Program-made: the position numbers and the translations under genes | The notes under the pieces: model-generated | Database searches by the model: none | Seen by the model: only the letters and a program-made list of their open reading frames with translations | What the model was told of the DNA's origin: nothing | Assembly: GCA_030447385.1 (NCBI GenBank) | Contig: JAUJOY010000002.1 | Location: forward strand, 578,081 to 642,080 | Reading direction: 5' to 3' | From: Mycobacteriales bacterium | GTDB lineage: Bacteria; Actinomycetota; Actinomycetes; Mycobacteriales; SCTD01 | DNA length: 64,000 nt | Part shown: in pieces, positions 42,356 through 49,920 of the stretch | Position numbering within the stretch: position 1 is the stretch's first letter | Layout: each line of letters begins with the position of its first letter

Positions 42356-43129
42356 ATGCGCATCGGACTGTCGGGCAAGGGTGGTGTGGGCAAGTCGACG
42401 ATCTCGGCTGTGCTGTCTCGGAGCCTGGGCCGCTCAGGCCACCAGGTGGTCGCGGTGGACTGCGACTCCGATCCCAACCTCGGGGTCAGCATCGGGCTCG
42501 GGGAGCAGGGCGCGGAGCGCATCCGCTCGATCCTGGACCAGTCCGGCGCGCAGCGGCACGTGCCGACCGACCTCTCGCCCAGCGAGCTCCTGGACCGCTA
42601 CGGCTACGCCGCGCCGGACAACGTGACGGTGATGCTGGCTGCCCGCTCGGAGAAGGCGGGCTCCGGTTGAACGGGCAGCGCCCACGTCACGGTCCGTGAC
42701 TTCATCGACAACGCGAACCGCACCCTGCCCGACGCCATGGTGGTCGCCGACATGGAAGCGGGCCTGGAGCACCTGTCCTGGGCCGGGGGGACCCTGCGCT
42801 ACGCCGACCTGCTGCTCGTGGTCCTCCAGCCGACGGGAAAGGTGATGCTGACGGCGGACCGCATGCATCGCCTTGCCGTCGACCTCGGGATCGCCGACAT
42901 CGCCTTCGTCGGCAACCGCGCGGGTGAGGCCGACCGCCAGCGGCTCGAGGACTTCGCGGCCGAGCGGGGTCGCGAGCTTCTCGCGATCATCCCCGAGGAC
43001 GAGGCGGTGCTGCACGCCGACCAGCAGGGCGTGTGCGTGCTGGACTACGCACCGCAGTCTCCGGCGGTGCGCGCCATCCAGGGGCTGGCCGAGAAGATCG
43101 ACGCCAAGGCCCGGCACGCCCGGTCCTAG
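42356..43129 (+). CDS. CooC/MinD-type P-loop ATPase interrupted by in-frame TGA (42668-42670)
   Basis: GKGGVGKST deviant Walker A in the upstream part and ADMEAGLEHL in the downstream part, both in the same frame. The second part has no independent N-terminus. Confidence 0.6.
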
Positions 43130-43175
43130 GCGCCCCGGGTCCCGCGACGTCGCCTCGCCGAGCCGGACCGGACGG

Positions 43176-44420
43176 TCAGCCGCGGGTGGCGCCCGTCAGG
43201 AAGGTCACCAGCCGGGCCACCGCCTCCTCGGAGCGCTTCGTGCTGGGAGCGGCAGCCACAGGTTCGTGATCCGCCGGCATGCCGGCACCGTTCGGCGCCG
43301 CCTCGCTCACGACGGCGAGCGACGGGCCGGACTTGGGTGCCACGAACGACTCGCCCGCCGGAAGGGCCCCCATCAGGGCCTTCTCGTCCGCTGCCGTGAC
43401 CAGGGTCGCCTTCTCGCCCCGCAGGAACAGCACCGGCACGTCGACCTTGGCGGCCAGCGCCGGCGGGTCGATCGAGAAGATGTCCTTGAGGTACTCCTGG
43501 TTGTCCTTCGGGAAGTAGCCGGTCAGCGACGGCGGGATCGTCGCCGGCAGCGCACCCGTGGCCAGAAGGGTCCCGACGGTCGCGCGCAGTCCGGGTACGT
43601 CGCCGTGCGGAGCCCCGGCGAAGTCGTCGGCAAGAACCTCCAGCAGCGGCCGCCCGGGGGCGGAGATCAGAGCCAGGCCACGGATGCGCGGCTCGCTGGC
43701 CGCGAGCTGCATGGCGGCCAGGCCCCCCTCCTCGTGGCCGATCACGGCAAGGCGCTTGGGGTCGACCTCGGAGCGCTCGGCGAGGAAGCTCACCGCGGCG
43801 CCCGCGTCAGCGACGATGTCCTCGAACCGCAGGGGCGTCCCCGCTGGGAGCTGGCTGCGTCCCGTACCCCGCTTGTCGTAGCGCAGTGTCACGACGCCTT
43901 CCTTGACCAGAGCCTCGCTCAGATCACGGTAGAGCGTGTCGGGGGTCCCGCCCCGCGTGGCCACGCCGTCGCGGGTCGTCGGCCCGAGGCCGTTCAGGAT
44001 GACCACCCCGGCCAGACCTGCCTGCGGTGCGGCCCGGTCCGGCAGCGTGAGCGTGCCGGAGATGCCGACGTCCCCGGCCCCGTCGAACTGCACGCCACGG
44101 CTCTGGACCCCGTCCGCCGCGAGCACCGAGCGGCGGGAGGTCTCAGACCCACCGCTTCCCGTCAGGGACGTCACGGCCACCATCGCCAGCAGCACGGCGA
44201 CGGTCACTCCCGCGACGGGGAGCAGCCAGGCGGGCCGTCCGCGCGGGCTGTTGCGGCCGAGCTGCTCGGTGCAGGCGGTGCACTTGATGCCGACGCTCGT
44301 CGGCACCATGCAGTCCCGGCAGATCGAGGACGAGCACCGTGTGCAGGTCGCCACCGCAGGCTTGCGCGAGTGGCGGCCGCAGGTCCTGCTCGCCTTCTCG
44401 GTGGTGGACGCGGAAGCCAT
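43176..44420 (-). CDS. Zinc-ribbon (B-box-like) - TM - alpha/beta-hydrolase-fold protein lacking the nucleophile Ser
   Basis: CGRH-x8-CTRC-x4-CRDC-x8-KCTAC, one TM helix, and a hydrolase fold with GHEEGG in place of GHSxGG. The ATG overlaps the ftsH stop by 1 nt. Confidence 0.65.
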   Translation of the reverse strand: MASASTTEKASRTCGRHSRKPAVATCTRCSSSICRDCMVPTSVGIKCTACTEQLGRNSPRGRPAWLLPVAGVTVAVLLAMVAVTSLTGSGGSETSRRSVLAADGVQSRGVQFDGAGDVGISGTLTLPDRAAPQAGLAGVVILNGLGPTTRDGVATRGGTPDTLYRDLSEALVKEGVVTLRYDKRGTGRSQLPAGTPLRFEDIVADAGAAVSFLAERSEVDPKRLAVIGHEEGGLAAMQLAASEPRIRGLALISAPGRPLLEVLADDFAGAPHGDVPGLRATVGTLLATGALPATIPPSLTGYFPKDNQEYLKDIFSIDPPALAAKVDVPVLFLRGEKATLVTAADEKALMGALPAGESFVAPKSGPSLAVVSEAAPNGAGMPADHEPVAAAPSTKRSEEAVARLVTFLTGATRG

Positions 44421-46339
44421 CAGCTGCTGACGGCGGCGGTGACCGGCTGAGCGCCGCCGACGGGGAGCAGGAGGGCGTCCAGAACCTCGCCCTCGAGGGT
44501 CTCGGCTTCCATCAGCGCCGTGGCCAGCGCCTCGAGCACGGAGCGCTGCTCGACGAGGACGGCGCGGGCGCGTTCTGCGGAGTCGGCAAGCACCTGCTGC
44601 ACCTCGGCGTCGATCTCCGAGGCGATGCGCTCGGAGAACGCCTGCGTCATGAGCCCCTCCTTCAACGCCGCGTTCTGCAGGGACTGGGCGGTGAACGCGC
44701 CGAGCCGCGTGCCCATGCCGAACTCGGTGACCATGCGCCGCGCCAGCTGGATGGCCGCGTCGAGGTCGCCGGTGGCGCCGGTGGACAGCTCACCCGTGAC
44801 GAGCTCCTCCGCCGCCCGCCCGCCGAGGAGGGCAGCGATCCGATCGAGCAGCTGCGCGCGGGTGATGGAGGTCTGGTCGCCCTCGCTGACCCACCAGGTG
44901 AAGCCGCCGCCGTGGCCGCGCGCCACGATCGAGAGCTTGCCGACCCGGTCGGTGCCCGACAGCGCCGTGGCCACGATGGCGTGACCCGACTCGTGGAAGG
45001 CGATGCGGTGGCGGTCCTGCGGCGACAGGATCCGGGTCTTGCGCTCCGGCCCGGCCACGAGCCGCTCGATCGCCTCGGAGAAGTGGGACTGCTCGATGAT
45101 GGTCGCGCCGCGACGAGCGGCAAGCAGCGCCGCCTCGTTGACGACGTTGGCCAGGTCGGCGCCGGAGAAGCCGGCGGTCCGCTTGGCCACCTCGTCGATG
45201 TTGACATTGTCCGCGAGCGGCTTGCCGCGCGTGTGGATGCCCAGGATGCCCTTGCGGCCGTTGACGTCCGGCCGCTCGACAGCGACCCGCCGGTCGAACC
45301 GGCCCGGGCGCATCAGGGCGGAGTCGAGGATGTCGGGGCGGTTCGTCGCCGCCAGGACGACGACCCCGATCCCGGACTCGAAGCCGTCCATCTCCACCAG
45401 CAGCTGGTTCAGGGTGGCCTCGCGCTCGTCGGTGCCGCCCATCGAGTGGGTGCTGCGGCCACGACCGACTGCGTCGAGCTCATCGATGAAGACGATGCAG
45501 GGCGCAGCGGCCTTGGCCACCTTGAAGAAGTCGCGGATGCGGGCAGCGCCGACACCGACGAAGATCTCGACGAAGTCTGAGCCCGAGATGGAGAAGAAGG
45601 GCACCTCCGACTCCCCTGCGAGGCCGCGCGCGAGAAGCGTCTTGCCGCATCCGGGTGGGCCGGTGAGCAGGATGCCCTTCGGGACCGATGCGCCCATGGC
45701 GAGGAACCGGTCCGGGTTCGAGAGGTAGTCCCGGATCTCGACGAGCTCCTCGATGGCCTCGTCCACGCCGGCGACGTCCGAGAAGGTGATCTTGGCCTCC
45801 CCGGTCTCCATGCGCTTGCCCCGGGAGCGGCTGAACGCCGAGAAGCCGTCGCTGCCGCGGCCGAAGGCCAGGAACAGGATGAACAGGCCGTCGATGATGA
45901 TCAGGGCGGGCAGCAGGAGGCTGACCGGGGTGACCAGGTTCTTCAGCGGCTGCTGCTTGACCGAGTAGGCCACACCCGCGTCCTCCAGCGCGCTCGTGAG
46001 GCGCGCGAAGATGGTCTCGTTGCCCCCCGAGTAGGCGACCCAGTACTGCCCCTCGTCGTAGGTGCCCACCATCCGGTTGTCGGTCTCGAGGATCGTCGCG
46101 TCCTGGATCCGGCCCTGGCGCAGCAGCGTCGTGAACTCGTCGATGCGCAGCTCCTTCCCGGGGCTGCGCGGGTTCGACAGGTACAGCACGAGGATGTAGA
46201 AGCCGACCAGCAGCGGAAGGGCGAGGATGCAGAGGGTCAACGCCCTCTTGCGGTTGTCGCGCTTCGGGTCGTCGTCGGTGTCCTCCGTGCCGGCCGAGCC
46301 GTCCTTGTCCCGCTTGCGGGCGCTACCGAGCATGGCCAT
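44420..46339 (-). CDS. ftsH: FtsH-family AAA+ zinc metalloprotease
   Basis: Two TM helices, [46 protein letters not shown]. Confidence 0.9.
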   Translation of the reverse strand: MAMLGSARKRDKDGSAGTEDTDDDPKRDNRKRALTLCILALPLLVGFYILVLYLSNPRSPGKELRIDEFTTLLRQGRIQDATILETDNRMVGTYDEGQYWVAYSGGNETIFARLTSALEDAGVAYSVKQQPLKNLVTPVSLLLPALIIIDGLFILFLAFGRGSDGFSAFSRSRGKRMETGEAKITFSDVAGVDEAIEELVEIRDYLSNPDRFLAMGASVPKGILLTGPPGCGKTLLARGLAGESEVPFFSISGSDFVEIFVGVGAARIRDFFKVAKAAAPCIVFIDELDAVGRGRSTHSMGGTDEREATLNQLLVEMDGFESGIGVVVLAATNRPDILDSALMRPGRFDRRVAVERPDVNGRKGILGIHTRGKPLADNVNIDEVAKRTAGFSGADLANVVNEAALLAARRGATIIEQSHFSEAIERLVAGPERKTRILSPQDRHRIAFHESGHAIVATALSGTDRVGKLSIVARGHGGGFTWWVSEGDQTSITRAQLLDRIAALLGGRAAEELVTGELSTGATGDLDAAIQLARRMVTEFGMGTRLGAFTAQSLQNAALKEGLMTQAFSERIASEIDAEVQQVLADSAERARAVLVEQRSVLEALATALMEAETLEGEVLDALLLPVGGAQPVTAAVSS

Positions 46340-46357
46340 GGAGCTCCTTCGGTCTTC

Positions 46358-47734
46358 TCACGGTTGGAAACGTTCAGTGCAGCTCTGGGCGATCGGAGGC
46401 TTTCCGGGTGACGCCGCATCACCGGCGGCCACCAGGACGCTGCCATCCTTCAGCAGCACCGACGCCTGCTCGCTGCGAGGGCAGGCCATGTCGCCGGCCG
46501 GTAGCCACTCCCCGATGGCGCCGGCCTCGAAGTCGAAGATCTCGGCGCTGGTGAGGGAGCTGCGAGCACCGCGTTGCACGGACTCCCCTCCCACGACGAA
46601 CACCCGTCCGTCGTTCAGCCGCGTTGCCGTGTGCCCGGTACGCGTACTGCCCATCGGGCCGACCGTGCTCCAGGTGCCGGCCCTCGAGTCGAACAGCTCC
46701 GCCGTCGCGAGGGAGATGTCCCCGGCGTCGCCTCCGGACCCTCCGCTCAGGAGGACCGCGTTGTCGCCGAGCAAGACCGCCGCGTGGTTGGTCCGGGCCC
46801 CGTTGAGGTTGCTGGACCCGACGAAGGCCTTCGCCGCCGGGTCGTAGATCTCGGTCGAGGCGAGGGGCTTCTCACTTCCGCCGGCCGCTGCCGGGCCGAG
46901 CCCGCCGGCCACGACCACCCGTCCGTCCCGCAGTCGGGTGGCGGTGTGCTCGAAGCGTCCGGTTGCCATGGAACCGGTCGACGACCAGGTCCCGGTCTTG
47001 GGGTCGAAGAGCTCTGCGGTCGGGGCTGCGGGGATCGGCTGCCCGCCCGTGGCATCCAGCGTGCTGCCCCCGGCCACCAGCACCTGGCCGCTGTTGAGCA
47101 GCGTCAGGGAGTGGCCCAACCGGGCAGCGCCCATAGGCTGCACGGCAGACCACGTGCGGGTCGCTGGGTCGTACACCTCGGCAGATGCCAGCAGCACTCC
47201 GTTAGCCAGGCCCCCGGCCACGAGGACCCGACCGTCGTTGAGCAGGGCCGCCTGATGACCGCGCCGGGGTTGCGCCAGCGGGCCGACCTCCTGCCAGGCC
47301 TGCGCGCCAGGAGTCAGGACCTCGGTGGCCCCTATCGCCAAGGCACCGACACCGCCGCCGGCGACGACCACGCTGCCGTCGCCGAGTACGAGTGCCGTCG
47401 CCGTTCCGCGGATGGCCGAGAGATCGGGGGCGTCGGTCCACACGCCGACCGGCGCGGCCGCGACCTGATCGGCCGGGTCGCTCGACGACGGCCGAAGCGC
47501 CAGGATGGCCACGAGCAGGCCGATGGCCACCAGGGCCCCGCCGATCAGGAGCAGAGGCGTGCGCGACCTCTGGGCCGCGACGCTGGGGCCCGGGACGGGG
47601 GCTGCGCACGTCGCGCACTTCAGGCCTACCTCGGTGCGGTTCATGCACTTCGGGCACAGCGGCTGGCCGCAGTCGACGCAGGTGAGCCTGGTCGCCTCAC
47701 CGTGCGCCTCGCAGCTGCGTGTCTGTGTTGCCAT
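46358..47734 (-). CDS. Zinc-ribbon (B-box-like) - TM - Kelch-repeat beta-propeller protein
   Basis: CEAH-x7-CVDC-x4-CPKC-x8-KCATC, one TM helix, then six or so repeats of the type TW....M...R.GH....L.DGRV.V.GG. Confidence 0.7.
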   Translation of the reverse strand: MATQTRSCEAHGEATRLTCVDCGQPLCPKCMNRTEVGLKCATCAAPVPGPSVAAQRSRTPLLLIGGALVAIGLLVAILALRPSSSDPADQVAAAPVGVWTDAPDLSAIRGTATALVLGDGSVVVAGGGVGALAIGATEVLTPGAQAWQEVGPLAQPRRGHQAALLNDGRVLVAGGLANGVLLASAEVYDPATRTWSAVQPMGAARLGHSLTLLNSGQVLVAGGSTLDATGGQPIPAAPTAELFDPKTGTWSSTGSMATGRFEHTATRLRDGRVVVAGGLGPAAAGGSEKPLASTEIYDPAAKAFVGSSNLNGARTNHAAVLLGDNAVLLSGGSGGDAGDISLATAELFDSRAGTWSTVGPMGSTRTGHTATRLNDGRVFVVGGESVQRGARSSLTSAEIFDFEAGAIGEWLPAGDMACPRSEQASVLLKDGSVLVAAGDAASPGKPPIAQSCTERFQP

Positions 47735-48145
47735 CTCTCGCTTTCCGCGGTGCGCCGGGCGGGCGGTATGACCCGAAGGTCGCTTCCCACCGGATATTAG
47801 TCACGGGTGTGTCCGTCATGCTCTGACGCCTGCCGCCCAGCGACGGCTGCCGCCCGGTGCCTCGTCCGGCTGAGCGCCCGCGGTCCAGGTCGAGCGATGC
47901 CTGGGCACGCTTCCGAGGCGGAGGTGGAGCATCCCCTGACGACCTCCCGCCGGTCGGCGCGCATACCAGCGGCGGGGGCTCAGAAGGCCGGTTCACAGCC
48001 TCGACGAGAACGTCAGGCGTCACACCGAAGAAGCTGTCGTCGTGCAACAACGGGCGACCATCGATATCCGCAGTCAGCGCGAATGTCGAAAGCCTAGTGC
48101 TGTCAGGGGGCTATATGTCAGCGCACTATCAGCAGAGCGCAGTTA

Positions 48146-48174
48146 TTGCCCCTCGGCGGCGGCTCCTTCATAGT
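48146..48174 (+). promoter_or_regulatory. Candidate promoter (TTGCCC-17-CATAGT) upstream of surface-protein gene A
   Basis: The hexamers and the flanking tattgcccc string are conserved at the equivalent position upstream of copy B, although the surrounding sequence has diverged. Confidence 0.25.
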
Positions 48175-48277
48175 CGTGTGCAGGTACGACCCCGGTGCTC
48201 GCTGTTTCGCGCGGCCCCGGATTCGCAGGCGCTGGAGTGCGCAGTCGGCGCCACACCACGGACTAGGAGATTTGCTG

Positions 48278-48868
48278 ATGATCGGCAAGAGGTCCCTCTC
48301 GGTGGCGTTCAGCGCCGCTGTGGCAGGCATGGTTCTGTTCGCCGGCGTCGCCTACGCCTGCACCAACCTGGCGACGCTCAACCTGAGCACCGCGAGCGGC
48401 AGCGTCGGTGACACCGTCACCGTCACCGGCTCCTCGTTCCGCACCCCGGCCAAGGCCACCGATGCGGTGATGCCGGTGTCGCTGAGCTGGAACGGCGCCG
48501 ACGGCCCGGTCCTGGCGCAGACCGTGCCGGACGCCGCGGGCAACATCTCCGCCACCTTCACCGTGCCCGAGGGTCAGGCCGGGTACTACGTGATCCTGGC
48601 CAAGCAGCTCGACGCCAAGGGTGTGGACGCCTACGGCACCCCGGCCCGCGCGGCGTTCCAGATCCTGGGCGCCAACGGTGAGTCCGTGGTGACCCCGCAG
48701 ACCAGCCAGACCCCCGCGGTCAGCGAGGGCAACGGCGCGGGCATCCTGGCCCTGACCGTCGGTCTGGGTGCGCTGGGCCTGAGCCTGTTCGCCGCGGGCT
48801 TCACCGCCTTCGCCCGCCAGGCCCGCCGCCAGGAGGTCCCGGCCACGGCCAAGGTGCGCAACAACTAG
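48278..48868 (+). CDS. Tail-anchored secreted Ig-like surface protein, copy A
   Basis: Signal peptide ending AYA/C, Ig/IPT-like module (SGSVGDTVTVTGSSF), and a C-terminal TM helix with a basic tail. Confidence 0.7.
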   Translation: MIGKRSLSVAFSAAVAGMVLFAGVAYACTNLATLNLSTASGSVGDTVTVTGSSFRTPAKATDAVMPVSLSWNGADGPVLAQTVPDAAGNISATFTVPEGQAGYYVILAKQLDAKGVDAYGTPARAAFQILGANGESVVTPQTSQTPAVSEGNGAGILALTVGLGALGLSLFAAGFTAFARQARRQEVPATAKVRNN

Positions 48869-48900
48869 CCTGCATCACCTCCCACCTCGCGGTGGGACCG

Positions 48901-48936
48901 CCACAACGGGCGCCCCTGCCGGGGCGCCCGTTGTGG
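48901..48936. terminator. 16-bp perfect stem / 4-nt loop hairpin between convergent genes
   Basis: ccacaacgggcgcccc tgcc ggggcgcccgttgtgg, preceded by a smaller cccacc/ggtggg hairpin. No U-tract. Confidence 0.55.
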
Positions 48937-48961
48937 TGTGTACCGATCGCACCGTCCAGCG

Positions 48962-49822
48962 TCAGCCGCGGGTGGAACCCCCGGTCGCCGACGCCGGTGG
49001 GACCTCGACACAGCCCGCATCCGCACCGAGCAGCCGCAGCCCGGCGCGGTCACCGATGCCGAACTCGGCCGTGGGCGACGTGTGTCCGCCCAGTTCCGGA
49101 TACATCAACTGCGCCCGGCCGCTGACGTGTCCCAGGCCGACGACATGACCGAGCTCGTGAAGGATCACGCGACCTCTGGTGACGCCGGCACCGAATCCGT
49201 CCGGCAGTGTGGCTCCGGTATTGCGGTCGATGACCGCGTCGACGTTCAGCTCGAGGACCCCGCTGACGAGGACGTCACCGGCGCGGAGCGGCCGACTGCG
49301 ACCGAGCACGATCACGTCGTCCCCGACCGGGTCCGGGCCCTCTCCCAGACCTAGCTCGGACCAGCCGACGAGAATCGGGGCCCAGCGCTGCCCGTACCGC
49401 TCGGGCTGGTAGGGCCGGCGCGCGATGACCGGCTGCTCGTCCGAGCGTCCCTCTTCGACGAAGGGGATGCCGCTCGCCTCGGACAGCCGCGCGAAGGCCG
49501 CCCGTACGTCCTCGACGCCGCCCGGCGGTGCCAGGGACGCGTTGAGCACGTAGGGGACCGGGGCACATGGGTTGAACCGGGCCGGGAAGCAGCCGTTCTC
49601 ACCGGCCGCGAACAGGAACGTGTAGCCGGTGGCCGGCAGCTGCCTGCGCTCACCGTGGGAAGCACTGCCGATGCGTCCCTCGGCGGGACAGGCCGCCGAA
49701 GGAGGCTCCGGGTCGAGGCGCTCGTCGTCGCCTCCGCCCGCGCGCACCGCGGCTGACAGGGCCACGGCGCCTGCGAGTGCCACTGCGCCCAGTGCCGCAG
49801 CCCGGCCGGAGGGCTTTGTCAC
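48962..49822 (-). CDS. Secreted metzincin (matrixin/M10-like) zinc metalloprotease
   Basis: Signal/TM N-terminus, HELGHVVGLGH, then a Met-turn (QLMYP). Confidence 0.75.
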   Translation of the reverse strand: MTKPSGRAAALGAVALAGAVALSAAVRAGGGDDERLDPEPPSAACPAEGRIGSASHGERRQLPATGYTFLFAAGENGCFPARFNPCAPVPYVLNASLAPPGGVEDVRAAFARLSEASGIPFVEEGRSDEQPVIARRPYQPERYGQRWAPILVGWSELGLGEGPDPVGDDVIVLGRSRPLRAGDVLVSGVLELNVDAVIDRNTGATLPDGFGAGVTRGRVILHELGHVVGLGHVSGRAQLMYPELGGHTSPTAEFGIGDRAGLRLLGADAGCVEVPPASATGGSTRG

Positions 49823-49920
49823 GATCGGGATCCCGACGTCACGGCCGCGCCAGACGGGAGAGGGTCACGAAGACCCCCACCCGTCTGGTTGTGCGTCATG
49901 GCAGTACGTGGCAGCGGCTC

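Larger units (their letters stand above)
48274..48936. repeat. 663-bp direct repeat, copy A
   Basis: Offset of 4791 bp to copy B. I saw one mismatch (48927 c versus 53718 t). Confidence 0.9.

Noticed and set aside
42671-42740. Calling the hairpin after the in-frame TGA a SECIS element
   Set aside because: I found only a 6-bp stem with a 3-nt loop plus a possible outer 6-bp pairing. I cannot verify the apical-loop features or spacing of bacterial SECIS elements by eye, and the sel genes are not in the window. It is reported as a hypothesis and not annotated as a feature.
49825-49888. 12-bp palindrome tcgggatcccga at the metzincin start and a 9-bp-stem inverted repeat (49850-49858 / 49880-49888) between the BNR and metzincin genes
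   Set aside because: Both are short and GC-rich and could arise by chance. There is no second copy elsewhere in the window to support an operator, so they were not annotated.
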